Positions 27,471-36,936 of a stretch of DNA of 64,000 nucleotides are shown here, piece by piece; the first letter of the stretch is position 1, and each line of letters opens with the position of its first letter. Source of the DNA: Desulfobacterales bacterium (GTDB taxonomy: Bacteria > Desulfobacterota > Desulfobacteria > Desulfobacterales > SURF-7); contig JABHLN010000005.1 in NCBI GenBank assembly GCA_018693105.1, positions 2,735 through 66,734 on the forward strand, in the 5' to 3' direction. Position numbers and translations under genes: made by a program. A model generated the notes under the pieces. It ran no database searches and had not been told where the DNA came from. It saw only the letters and a program-made list of their open reading frames with translations.

Positions 27471-29210
27471 CTATTTATGTTTATTAAGCTCTTCGTCCCG
27501 GAGTACGCGGCGCAAAACTTTACCTACGACAGAAGTAGGAAGGGCGTCACGAAACTCCACTGATCTGGGCCGTTTATAGCCTGTTAAATATTCCTTACAA
27601 AACTCGATTATTTCTTCTTCAGTAGCTGTTTCACCAGGTGCAAGCTGAACAAATGCCTTGACAGCTTCTCCGCTTTTTGGATCAGGTACTCCGATAACAG
27701 CTGCATTGGCAACCTTTGGATGAGTGTACAAAACTTCTTCCACTTCCCGCGGATAACAGTTAAAGCCTCCAACAAGTATCAAATCTTTTTTCCGGTCAGT
27801 AATAATTATATAACCTTCATCATCAATGTGCCCGATATCTCCAGTCAGAAAATACCGATGGCCTTCTATTTCACGAAAGACAGCTTTGTTATCTTCGGGT
27901 TTATTCCAGTAGCCGGTCATTATCTGCGGCCCGGTGATAGCGATTTCTCCATCTTCGCCCCGGGGCATTTCATCAGTACCGAGTTCCATATCCAGGATTT
28001 TAACGTTTGTGTTGGATATGGGGAAGCCGACAGACCCGAATTTTCTATCTTCTTTATTACTGGGGTTTCCCGTAGCCAGGGGAGAGGTTTCGCTCAAACC
28101 GTAACACTCCAAAATAAATGACCCGGTTTTTGCCTCAAATTTTTTTGCTACCTCTACCGGTAGTGGTGCTCCGCCTGATCCGCATCCTATAAAAGAGGAA
28201 AGATCATATTTTTCAAGAAATGGGTGATTTGTGAATGCGACAAAGATAGTCGGCACCGCAGCAAGGACTGTTACCTTGTATTTTTCAGCAGCCTTTAAAA
28301 CTTCTGTAAACGGGGGGTTGCCTGCACGTGGATCAGGAATACAAACAAGACGGCTGGCAGTCATACATGACCAAAGCATGACTATTGTCATCCCGAAACT
28401 GTGGTACATGGGCAGAACTCCAAGAAATGAGTGAAAACCGCCTATTCTTAGCATTTCTGCAGACCCGCCGGGTTCCTGGGGAATTCTCATCCATTGCTGG
28501 AGGGCGTTTACGTCAAAAACAATATTTGAGTGAGTCAGTGCAGCGCCTTTGGGTACCCCGGTTGTACCGCCGGTGTAAATTATTACGGCCAGGTCTTCAG
28601 AAGGATTAATCTCAACAGACGGCGGTTCAGGAATGGCAGAGGCTACTATGTCATCAAAGAAAAGGTGTCCCGGTTCGTGTTTTTCAGCCTTTGGGATTTT
28701 ACCTAAAAGCCCTCCGATAAAGGCTTTTAACGGGGGGAGATAGGATTTTACACTGCAGATAACAACGGTTTTAACATCTGTATTCTTTACGGCATCGACA
28801 GTTGTAGGGTAAAATAGTGGATGGTCCATGCAAAAGAGAGCTTTTGCACCGGAATCTTTTAGCTGGTAGTTGAGTTCAGAAGAAGTGTACATGGGATTAC
28901 AGGTAACACAGACACAGCCGGCCTTGAGGATTCCGAAATAAACTGCGGGATAATGTGCAAGGTTGGGCAGAAAAATGGCTACACGCTCTCCCTTCTTTAT
29001 TCCCCGACCGGCCAAAAAATTTGCCACTCTGTCAGCAGTATCTTTGACCTGGGCAAATGTTCGTGTGCTGTCACTGAAGATTGTATAGACTTTATCAGGG
29101 AAATCCCGGGCAGAATCATCAAGAATCGAAAACAGAGGTTTTTCAAATCCTGAAATTTCACGTGGTACACCTTGGGGCCATTTGTCAGTGGGCCAGGGTT
29201 GTAATGTCAT
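27471..29210 (-). CDS. AMP-forming acyl-CoA synthetase (long-chain fatty acid--CoA ligase-like)
   Basis: AMP-binding motif IIYTGGTTGVPKGA, plus GYGLSE-like CYGLSETS and TGDIGHIDDEGYIIITDRKKD. Confidence 0.9.
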   Translation of the reverse strand: MTLQPWPTDKWPQGVPREISGFEKPLFSILDDSARDFPDKVYTIFSDSTRTFAQVKDTADRVANFLAGRGIKKGERVAIFLPNLAHYPAVYFGILKAGCVCVTCNPMYTSSELNYQLKDSGAKALFCMDHPLFYPTTVDAVKNTDVKTVVICSVKSYLPPLKAFIGGLLGKIPKAEKHEPGHLFFDDIVASAIPEPPSVEINPSEDLAVIIYTGGTTGVPKGAALTHSNIVFDVNALQQWMRIPQEPGGSAEMLRIGGFHSFLGVLPMYHSFGMTIVMLWSCMTASRLVCIPDPRAGNPPFTEVLKAAEKYKVTVLAAVPTIFVAFTNHPFLEKYDLSSFIGCGSGGAPLPVEVAKKFEAKTGSFILECYGLSETSPLATGNPSNKEDRKFGSVGFPISNTNVKILDMELGTDEMPRGEDGEIAITGPQIMTGYWNKPEDNKAVFREIEGHRYFLTGDIGHIDDEGYIIITDRKKDLILVGGFNCYPREVEEVLYTHPKVANAAVIGVPDPKSGEAVKAFVQLAPGETATEEEIIEFCKEYLTGYKRPRSVEFRDALPTSVVGKVLRRVLRDEELNKHK

Positions 29211-29333
29211 ATTATCCTCCTTACGATCTCTTTTTTTATAAGTCTGAAGTATTATATTTAGTCATTTAAAACCTGTTCCCGGGGACAGTTGAAGATCCCG
29301 TGACGAATTGGGGTCGGACAAAGCTTATATTTT
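29054..29333. repeat. Direct duplication, copy 1 (first ~50 codons and upstream region of the acyl-CoA synthetase gene)
   Basis: Aligns by eye with 30034..30317, with about 20 differences over ~265 nt. Confidence 0.8.
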
Positions 29334-29343
29334 CTCGGACTTT

Positions 29344-29820
29344 TCAATCGAGTTCCCAGCGAAAATAGTACCAGTTGTGTGATAAAAGGCCAAAACCAAC
29401 AAATCCTTCCATCGAATTGGAATCTTTATTCATTTCTTCAAGGCTTGCATATAATTTGTGCGGGGGAATTTCTAAGTAAGCAATACCAGTTCCATACGCC
29501 CCTACACCGAAACCTTGCTGGTGGGTATAATATTTAATTGATATGGAAGGGTTCAAAGTTGCTTCAACATTGAAATAACCGATTTTTCTATTTTCTTTTG
29601 AATTAATCGGCTGTCCGGCCATAACCTTTGAAATAATTTCTTTATTTTCTTTATCCAGATCTGCCTGGTGAGATGAATAAAACTTATGCATTTCCTCTGT
29701 ATTTGGTAGTTGGGTTGAAAAAAACAGATAACCAAATAACCCGAGGACTAATAGTAATAATGACGTTAACGTTAAAGTGAGTATCTTCAATATTCTCATA
29801 GTTTTTTTTGCCTCAAACAT
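29344..29820 (-). CDS. Hypothetical membrane-anchored protein, located between the duplicated segments
   Basis: 158-aa ORF with one N-terminal TM helix (ILKILTLTLTSLLLLVLGLFGYLFF). I recognise no family. The start may instead be the internal MRILK. Confidence 0.5.
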   Translation of the reverse strand: MFEAKKTMRILKILTLTLTSLLLLVLGLFGYLFFSTQLPNTEEMHKFYSSHQADLDKENKEIISKVMAGQPINSKENRKIGYFNVEATLNPSISIKYYTHQQGFGVGAYGTGIAYLEIPPHKLYASLEEMNKDSNSMEGFVGFGLLSHNWYYFRWELD

Positions 29821-30025
29821 CCAGGGTAATAAACGTTCCCGGTCTTTAAACTGTTTCAGTAAAAACTCTTTTTTATGGCATCAATGTGTTGCCTTTTTAA
29901 AAATTAACAATAATAGTCAAAACACAGTCCGAAATCTTTAAAGGATTAATTTTACTACCAAAAAGAGCCTTCTAAGAACTATTTTTTATATTAACAGTTG
30001 GTTATAAATGCTTGCTTGGTCCGAC

Positions 30026-30193
30026 CTATTTCTCATCAAACGTCCGGGTATTGTCACTGAAGATTGTGTAGACCTGATTAGGGAAATCCTGGACAGAATC
30101 ATCAAGAATCGAAAAGAGAGGTTTTTCAAATCCTGAAACTTCACATGGTACGCCTTGGGGCCATTTGTCAGTGGGCCAGGGTTGTAATGTCAT
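30026..30193 (-). pseudogene. Truncated 5' remnant (55 codons) of an acyl-CoA synthetase paralog
   Basis: Translates MTLQPWPTDKWPQGVPCEVSGFEKPLFSILDDSVQDFPNQVYTIFSDNTRTFDEK*. This matches the N-terminus of the 27471..29210 product up to ...FSD.TRTF, then stops. Confidence 0.75.
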
Positions 30194-30317
30194 AATATCC
30201 TCCTTACAATCTCTTTTTGTGAAAGTTAGAAGTATTATATTTAGTCATTTAAAACCTGCTCCCCGGGGACAGTTGAAGATCCCGTGACGAATTGAGGTCG
30301 GACAAAGCTTATATTTT
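30034..30317. repeat. Direct duplication, copy 2
   Basis: See 29054..29333. It includes the same RBS context and the conserved upstream block CCGGGGACAGTTGAAGATCCCGTGACGAATTG.GGTCGGACAAAGCTTATATTTT. Confidence 0.8.
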
Positions 30318-30502
30318 GATATTTTATTCCTTTAAACCATAGGCAGTCTCTTTCTATATCGTTCTTTTCGGCATAAAAAACAAGGTTTTTTGCCTAAAAC
30401 CAGGCGATTTTAATACAAAATATTGCTCGGTTTCATATAATTATCTTGGTTCTATCCTAAAGCTGATTAGTTAACTGGCCACTTAATAATATGGTTCTTT
30501 CC

Positions 30503-30529
30503 TTGACATCTTCAATAGAATGGTAATAG
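30503..30529 (+). promoter_or_regulatory. Possible sigma70-type promoter (TTGACA-N15-TGgTAATAG)
   Basis: Perfect -35 TTGACA at 30503..30508 and an extended -10-like TGGTAATAG ending at 30529, 34 nt upstream of the zinc-ribbon gene. Confidence 0.3.
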
Positions 30530-30562
30530 TGGTACTTAACGGAAAAAAAACGGAGAAATGCT

Positions 30563-30817
30563 ATGCCGATATTTGAATTTAAATGTATGAAATGCGAAGA
30601 GTTCGTCGAATTTTTAGTAATGAAAGATAGTGACGAGCATGAGGTTGTCTGTCCGAAATGCAAGTCTGAGAATCTGGAACGTGTTTTAAGCAGTACCAAT
30701 TACAGTATGAAGTCTGCCCCTGGCGGCGGTGGTGGTGCCGCTGAACAATCATGCGCCCAGACAAGAACCTGCTCAGGCGGGTCATGTACAACATATAATA
30801 TACCCGGTGAATGCTAA
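30563..30817 (+). CDS. FmdB-family zinc-ribbon protein
   Basis: MPIFEFKCMKCEE...VCPKCKS (CxxC...CxxC) with a Gly/Cys-rich tail, typical of this family. AACGGAGAA RBS-like sequence upstream. Confidence 0.8.
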   Translation: MPIFEFKCMKCEEFVEFLVMKDSDEHEVVCPKCKSENLERVLSSTNYSMKSAPGGGGGAAEQSCAQTRTCSGGSCTTYNIPGEC

Positions 30818-30959
30818 AGACCTTTGAATAGCATCCCTTTTTGTCCAATTTCTTTGTCAGACTCAAATTTTAAACCTCGAAATACTTAATGTATTCCTCC
30901 GGTTAAAATTTTCGTCTTCCTTGAACTTGAACAAAAATAAACACTTTTCAAAGGTCTTT
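30816..30959. repeat. Family-C palindromic MITE-like repeat with perfect 13-bp terminal inverted repeats
   Basis: AAAGACCTTTGAA (30816..30828) is the exact reverse complement of TTCAAAGGTCTTT (30947..30959), and the arms pair imperfectly throughout. The element overlaps the TAA stop of the zinc-ribbon gene. Confidence 0.7.
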
Positions 30960-31086
30960 TAGATAACTTATACTCCTTTTTGCCCGAGTAGAACTATATT
31001 TTAAATGTTAAATTTGTTCCTTCGGATAAAGCCCTCTTTAGTCGTATAAACCATCGAAACACTTAACGTAATCCTTAAGCCTGTTA

Positions 31087-32313
31087 CTAAGGCATCCTTG
31101 TAAAATCGGTTCTACGATTCTTTGCCCTGCCTTCAGATGTTGTGTTCGGGGCTATTGGTTTGGAAAAACCGTATCCTGTTGAGGAAAGCCGATTTTCATC
31201 TATACCTTCTTTGACCAGATATTCAACGACCGCTTTAGCCCTATCATCAGAAAGCATCCGGTTATATGTTTCGTCTCCTCTATTATCCGTATGACCTTCT
31301 ACACTATAGTTTAAATCCGGATTTCTTTTCATAAAATCAACGACATTATCCAGAATCGGGGAATTCATTGATTTAATTTCAGATTTTCCTGTATCAAATT
31401 TTAATCCTTCAAGTGCCTGACAACCGACTCTGTCAACCATGGTACCTTCCGGTGTGGTCGGACATAGATCCATTTCATCAATGACATCATCTCCGTCTGT
31501 ATCCAGAGCACAACCATCGGAATCAACCTTATAACCTTTAGGAGTTTCCGGGCATTTGTCCATATCGTCAGTAACACCGTCTCCATCGCTGTCTAATAAG
31601 TCTTTTTCCAGAAAGACTTTTTCTACAAAGTCTGCCATATCTTTATTTGAATAGATTTGATCAGCGGTAACGTAAATCCCGCATCTGCTTACGGCAGCGA
31701 TTAATTCCATTAGAGTTTTACCTCCCGGATCATCTCCAACAAGTATTGTATAAATACAAAGCCTGTCCCCAAACTCTTTTTTAAGGGCTTCGGATGAGTC
31801 GACTGCTGAATTATCCATCTGTATTCCGTCGCTTACGATAATAAGTGCTATTTTTCCGTTAACAGATTTAAGATCTTTTCCTGCATTGTCTATTGCAAGA
31901 CTCATAGGGCTCGCTCCGTAGGCCTTTTTTACCTTATGGAATGCATCACTAAGACCTTTTTTGGAGTATTGTGTCATGCCGTATGTCATTCTGGTTTGTT
32001 TTTTGAAGGATATACTCCCACCAAAGGCTCTTAGGCCACCGATCAGTTTAATATCCGGTATGGTCTCATTCATACGGCTTACGATCTCGCGTGCGATATT
32101 GAACTTGTCATTGTCATTGTATTTTTCCGCCATCGATCCTGAAGCATCAAAGATTACTAAAAAATTGTCCACTTTAGGAACAAAACTGCCTTTCTGAACC
32201 ATTGGGGTTATATCTGAAGGAGTAAACTTTGTTAGAGGTTTTTGGGTTGCACAACCGAGTATCAAGCCTGTGATTGCGATAAAAAACATGGTTTTTAAAA
32301 ATTTATTGAACAT
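31087..32313 (-). CDS. Lipoprotein with vWA domain, thrombospondin type-3 (Ca-binding) repeats and OmpA-like C-terminal domain
   Basis: Lipobox LILGCA. MIDAS motif DASGSM. DSDGDGVTDDMDKCP and DTDGDDVIDEMDLCP repeats. OmpA-C motif TDNRGDETYNRMLSDDRAKAV...NRRTDF. Confidence 0.85.
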   Translation of the reverse strand: MFNKFLKTMFFIAITGLILGCATQKPLTKFTPSDITPMVQKGSFVPKVDNFLVIFDASGSMAEKYNDNDKFNIAREIVSRMNETIPDIKLIGGLRAFGGSISFKKQTRMTYGMTQYSKKGLSDAFHKVKKAYGASPMSLAIDNAGKDLKSVNGKIALIIVSDGIQMDNSAVDSSEALKKEFGDRLCIYTILVGDDPGGKTLMELIAAVSRCGIYVTADQIYSNKDMADFVEKVFLEKDLLDSDGDGVTDDMDKCPETPKGYKVDSDGCALDTDGDDVIDEMDLCPTTPEGTMVDRVGCQALEGLKFDTGKSEIKSMNSPILDNVVDFMKRNPDLNYSVEGHTDNRGDETYNRMLSDDRAKAVVEYLVKEGIDENRLSSTGYGFSKPIAPNTTSEGRAKNRRTDFTRMP

Positions 32314-32552
32314 AGTAATATCTCCTTTTTTGAAAAATCCGAAGCGCTCTTTCTAAAATCGTTTTAAAACTTCTATAGAATAAAAATTAATAATATACAG
32401 CCTATCAACTTATTAAATACAATCTGTATGAAAAACCCCAGATTATATATATGTATGCAAGCAGTTAAAGAATGCTTGGTATATTATTGAAATTTAAAAA
32501 GTAGTTTCTTATCCTGATCTGAACTGATTTATATGAATTTTTAAATATTATT

Positions 32553-32612
32553 TAGACCTGATTTCAAGAATACATCCATCGAACCCAATCCGCATATTTT
32601 ATATGGGTTCTA
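32553..32612. repeat. Family-B repeat, minimal copy
   Basis: TAGACCTGATTTCAAGAATACATCCATCGAACCCAATCCGCATATTTTATATGGGTTCTA. The ends are inverted, and the CGAACCCAATC core is shared with the other B copies. Confidence 0.35.
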
Positions 32613-32881
32613 AATTATGTTGTTAAAAAATGTTTGTGATACATTTAGATGTTTCTATTGCTCAGGGACACTTACTCTTAAGCGGAATCTTTTTACTTGA
32701 AATTATATTAATTCCGCATTATCGGATATACAGCAAACAGTGAGTCAATAAATGTCTTCTTTGAGGATATTGTGCTTGAATCTTCAACAAGACTAAGTTT
32801 AATATATTGATATCAAGTTAAAAACGATGTAATATTACTCGAGATTACCTGAGGTGTCAATTTTATAATTCTATCTTAATT

Positions 32882-33039
32882 TAATGGAATCGTAAAAAAA
32901 GTCTCCATTTGAATTGTTATAGCGTTTGATCAGACTCTCGAAATACTACAAGTATGACTTATCGACCGGCTATCCATTATTTATTGTATATGAAGAATTT
33001 TTACTTTGATATAGTTTATGGCTTTGTACGAGTTTATCA
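32882..33039. repeat. Family-A MITE-like repeat (degenerate copy)
   Basis: TAATGGAATCGTAAAAAAAGTCTCCAT...TGTATATGAAGAATTTTTAC...TTGTACGAGTTTATCA aligns with 39233..39385. Confidence 0.6.
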
Positions 33040-33106
33040 ATTTTGTTTCTGGTCAATGCTTTTCTTATCAACGATCGTTAATTTAAACCATCCAGAGTAG
33101 AGCTTT

Positions 33107-33814
33107 ATGAAAACAATTGTGAGTCTTCAAAATGTGACTAAAGATTATGGTCAGGGGGAGGTGGTTGTACGAGCACTTCGGGGAGTTGACCTTACCATAA
33201 ATAAAGGTGATTTTATGGCAATGGCCGGTCCTTCCGGTTCGGGGAAGAGTACACTTCTCAATATTATCGGGGGACTTGATAAGCCTACGTCGGGTATTAT
33301 TGAAGTAGAGGGGAATGAAATAAGCGGCCTTTCAATGACCGCTTTAAGCAAACTTCGGAGGGATAGAATCGGTTTTATTTTTCAAAGCTATAACCTTATA
33401 CCGATTTTAACTGCATTTGAGAATGCAGAATATGTTCTCATGCTACAAGGTATTTCTGTTGCAAAAAGGCAGGAAAAGGTATTTTCTCTTCTTAAAGATG
33501 TCGGGCTTGAAGGTCTGGAAAACCGTTTGCCACGAGAACTTTCCGGGGGGCAGCAGCAGAGAGTATCTATTGCCCGTGCTATCGCTTCGGAACCTGCGCT
33601 GGTTCTTGCTGATGAACCGACGGCAAATGTAGACTCCAGGACAGCAAAAGGGCTTCTTGATCTTATGGGCAGACTTAATGAAGAAAAAGGGGTTACTTTC
33701 CTGTTTTCCACACATGATCCTGAAGTGATGAAAAGGGCAGAGATTCTTTTATGGCTAAAGGACGGAGAAATAAAACACAACGGAGCACCTTCGGAGAACC
33801 CGGATGAAGAGTAA
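33107..33814 (+). CDS. ABC transporter ATP-binding protein (LolD/MacB/FtsE-like)
   Basis: Walker [10 protein letters not shown], signature LSGGQQQRV, Walker B LVLADEPT. Confidence 0.9.
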   Translation: MKTIVSLQNVTKDYGQGEVVVRALRGVDLTINKGDFMAMAGPSGSGKSTLLNIIGGLDKPTSGIIEVEGNEISGLSMTALSKLRRDRIGFIFQSYNLIPILTAFENAEYVLMLQGISVAKRQEKVFSLLKDVGLEGLENRLPRELSGGQQQRVSIARAIASEPALVLADEPTANVDSRTAKGLLDLMGRLNEEKGVTFLFSTHDPEVMKRAEILLWLKDGEIKHNGAPSENPDEE

Positions 33815-35123
33815 AAAAGTGCTGTTGTTTTTTAAAGGACACGTAGCAGCATTCTTATTGTTTTTAATATTAACATGTCCTCTGAAGGTTTTTGCCATAT
33901 GGGAAAGCCCTGACGGTAGCATGGATATAGGCGGAAGTTTCAGGTCAATTGCAGGTGTTTTTGACTATACCAGGCTTCCTGAGTTTTATTCCCAGGGCAA
34001 GAAAAAGGACTATCCTGTTCAGACCATATTCCGCTTTACTTCCGAAGGTCGCCCTTCAGAAAATATTTCATTTGAAGTACATATTGTTCAAAGCAATGAT
34101 TTTTCAATTGTAGATGAGTCGGGTAATATCTACACATCTCAATCATCCTCACGTTATCGGGCCATGGACGTAACATTGGACTGGCATAAGGATAATGAAA
34201 ATTATGCAAGGCTCTGGCTGGACAGGTTTAATATAAAATATTCTTTTCCTGTTGCAGATTTAACCATTGGGCGTCAGGCGATTACATTCGGTAAAGCCTA
34301 TTTCTGGAACCCAATGGATATTTTTAAACCGTTTGAACCAGGACAGCTTGACAGGGATTACAAACCCGGTGTGGACGGCTTTATGCTGGATATATCTCTG
34401 GGTGATTTTTCCGGTGCTGCCCTTATTGGGGTTTTAGGGCCCGAAGTAAATATAATATCAGGTTTTACCGGCAAGGATAGTACATGGAATTCGTCTTTGT
34501 ATGGTTCGGCACTTCTATCTCGTTTTTATACAAATATTTCGGAGTGGGATTTTTCCTTTCAGGCGGGGAAGGTTTACGGTGGTTATCATGTAAGTTGCGG
34601 AGCAATTGGTGAAATCGGATTTTTGGAATCACGAATAGAGGCGGCATATTTCAAATCGGAAAAAGACACCCCGGTGTTTTTTCAAAGCCCTGGTAACTTA
34701 TCAGAAGATTATCTGGCTGGTGTAATAGGTATAGGGCGTACTTTTCCCAATACATTTGTTTTTGAACTTGAGTATTTTTTTAACGGGGCCGGTGACCCTG
34801 ATAATCTGGAATTATCAATGCTTAGAAGCGTGCACGGTATGAGCTTGAATATGAGTGACCAACTCTTGGGATTAATGCTCAGTTATGAAATCATGCCAGT
34901 TTTTATTGCCAGGTTTGGACTGATATACTCTGTTTCCGACCATTCAAGCCAGGTTCTACCTTCCTTCTTTTTATCTTTATCTGATGAAGCGGATCTCATT
35001 GTCAGTGCAACAATAAATTATGGTAAGAATCCGTATCTATACCAGGGAAGTATACCCAGGATGGGAAGTGAATTCGGGAGTTTCCCTGATATCATGCTTA
35101 TTGAGTTTAAATATTATTTTTGA
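33804..35123 (+). CDS. Secreted protein, probable outer-membrane beta-barrel of unknown function
   Basis: Signal-like N-terminus, Gly/aromatic-rich strands, C-terminal ...IEFKYYF. It overlaps the ABC ATPase gene by 11 nt. Its TGA stop is the first 3 nt of repeat A at 35121. Confidence 0.55.
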   Translation: MKSKKVLLFFKGHVAAFLLFLILTCPLKVFAIWESPDGSMDIGGSFRSIAGVFDYTRLPEFYSQGKKKDYPVQTIFRFTSEGRPSENISFEVHIVQSNDFSIVDESGNIYTSQSSSRYRAMDVTLDWHKDNENYARLWLDRFNIKYSFPVADLTIGRQAITFGKAYFWNPMDIFKPFEPGQLDRDYKPGVDGFMLDISLGDFSGAALIGVLGPEVNIISGFTGKDSTWNSSLYGSALLSRFYTNISEWDFSFQAGKVYGGYHVSCGAIGEIGFLESRIEAAYFKSEKDTPVFFQSPGNLSEDYLAGVIGIGRTFPNTFVFELEYFFNGAGDPDNLELSMLRSVHGMSLNMSDQLLGLMLSYEIMPVFIARFGLIYSVSDHSSQVLPSFFLSLSDEADLIVSATINYGKNPYLYQGSIPRMGSEFGSFPDIMLIEFKYYF

Positions 35124-35274
35124 TGGTGTCGGAAAAAGTCTCCATCTATTGCGTTATCGTGTTTTGCCAGACATTCGACATAATAAGTGTATTCCTTCAC
35201 GTTCGGCCAAAACTATGCCTTGTATATGAAGATTTTTACTTAGTAATGGTTATACTTTTTTAAATAGGTCATCA
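35121..35274. repeat. Family-A MITE-like repeat
   Basis: TGATGGTGTCGGAAAAAGTCTCCATCTA...CTTGTATATGAAGATTTTTACTTAG...AGGTCATCA has inverted ends. Confidence 0.75.
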
Positions 35275-35305
35275 TTTTAGTTTCGGGTAATAGTCAACGG
35301 TCTCC

Positions 35306-35917
35306 TTATAACAGTTTTAGTTGGCTAATCATTTCTGATAATTCTTCAAACCCTGAAACCCTGTAAGCTGACATACCGATTGAACGTGCGCTTTCAACAT
35401 TGATAAGAGTGTCATCGAAAAAAAGAATTTTTTCAGGTAGGCAGCCAATAGATTCGGCCGCAAAGCTGAATGCTTCTTTATCCGGTTTTAGCAGACCTGT
35501 AATATGGGAAGGAAAGTTAAAGTCAAAGAGGTTCGGAAGGTTCATTTCGTTACTTATTCTATCCCAGTGAAGTTCATTTGTATTTGACAGGCTTGCAATA
35601 TTATATGTTCCTGATACTTCTTGAAGAAGTTTTTTTACTCCCGAGTAAGTATCGCTGATCCAGTATGGGAACTCCTCAAGAAAGCGGTCTGTTTTAACCG
35701 GCAGCGAAAACTCACTGATTATACCGGAAGCAAACTCTACAGGTGTTGCTCTGCCGGACTCGAAATTTCTAACAGCATTTGATTTTAACCAGAGATTAAG
35801 CAGCTCTTCTACCGGTTTATTTCCATCAGTCCATTCAATCATTCTGGAAGTACCTGTAAGCTCTATCAATACACCTCCCAGGTCGAACATTATGACATCG
35901 TATGTTTTTTCTCCCAT
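35306..35917 (-). CDS. HAD-superfamily hydrolase
   Basis: Motif I FDLGGVL, motif III/IV KPDKEAF...FFDD. 203 aa. Confidence 0.8.
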   Translation of the reverse strand: MGEKTYDVIMFDLGGVLIELTGTSRMIEWTDGNKPVEELLNLWLKSNAVRNFESGRATPVEFASGIISEFSLPVKTDRFLEEFPYWISDTYSGVKKLLQEVSGTYNIASLSNTNELHWDRISNEMNLPNLFDFNFPSHITGLLKPDKEAFSFAAESIGCLPEKILFFDDTLINVESARSIGMSAYRVSGFEELSEMISQLKLL

Positions 35918-36167
35918 GTTTTTTCCCTTCTATTTGCAGGTGTAGTATATAGAATTTTTGTGTGTTTAAAAAACCAAATATTTCAAATGATTGAATTGCA
36001 TCTTGCCATTTATGATGACATCCGTTATAAATTAGTGTCATTTTGAATTCAATGATTATCTGTTTTTAGTACATTACGATATTGACGGTAGGGTGTTTTT
36101 TAGTTTAGGAATTAAAAAATATAAACATGTTTTCAAATAAATAATTTTTCAATATAATTTATAAAAT

Positions 36168-36737
36168 ATGAATTTTGTCATAAATAAAAAAATCATTGGT
36201 ATTGTTTTTGGTATAATTATTTTTATGCAAAGTGCTGTTTTTGCGCAGGAAGCAGAACTTGACAATATTATTGTTACAAATACCCGGGATGATCTCCTTC
36301 TTTATTTTAATGTAAAAGGAGCTTTCACCAAAGAAATGGAAGAAGCTATTTTAAGCGGAGTTCCTGCTTCATTTACATATTTTATAACTCTTCATCGAGT
36401 CCGTGACATGTGGTTGGACGAAAAACTCTCTGATATCGAAATAGTTTACACAATTAAGTACAACAAAATGAAAAATGAGTTTGCATTTTATCAATCTCAT
36501 GGAAATGAAAAGCCTGAAATCTTTAAGTCACTTAATGAAGCAAAAAAGCATATGAGTGAGATTGAAAGCCTGCAGGTTATTCAAATTGATAGACTAAAAA
36601 AGGGAAGCCATTATCAGATCAGTTCCAAGGCGGAACTAAGCAAACTGACCCTGCCGCTTTATATGCATTATTTATTATTTTTTGTTTCAATCTGGGATTT
36701 TGAAACCGACTGGTATACAATTGATTTTACATATTAA
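36168..36737 (+). CDS. DUF4390-like periplasmic protein
   Basis: Signal peptide, ~190 aa, directly upstream of an NtrY-like kinase. This is the usual context for DUF4390. The family call comes from memory of the pattern, not a search. Confidence 0.5.
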   Translation: MNFVINKKIIGIVFGIIIFMQSAVFAQEAELDNIIVTNTRDDLLLYFNVKGAFTKEMEEAILSGVPASFTYFITLHRVRDMWLDEKLSDIEIVYTIKYNKMKNEFAFYQSHGNEKPEIFKSLNEAKKHMSEIESLQVIQIDRLKKGSHYQISSKAELSKLTLPLYMHYLLFFVSIWDFETDWYTIDFTY

Positions 36738-36751
36738 ATCATCGGCTGGTT

Positions 36752-36899
36752 TGATGGTGTCTTAAAAAGCCTTCACCTGCTGTGTTATTGAATTTGGGCA
36801 GAATTTCAAAACGTATTCACGACCGGCAAAAAACTATGTCATATATATACCACGCATGGATGGGCTTATAACCATCTGTTATACTTTTAATGAAGCATA
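36752..36899. repeat. Family-A MITE-like repeat (divergent copy)
   Basis: TGATGGTGTCTTAAAAAGCCTTCACCTGCTGTGTTAT...CTGTTATACTTTTAATGAAGCATA. Confidence 0.5.
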
Positions 36900-36936
36900 A
36901 GGTTTTTGTTCAACACTTCTAATAAAAACTTAAGAC

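Noticed and set aside
30563-30817. Cys/Gly-rich C-terminal tail (GGGGGAAEQSCAQTRTCSGGSCTTYNIPGEC), considered as a RiPP precursor peptide.
   Set aside because: The N-terminal CxxC...CxxC ribbon with a Gly/Cys-rich tail is the normal architecture of FmdB-family zinc-ribbon proteins. No modification enzymes, protease or exporter are adjacent.
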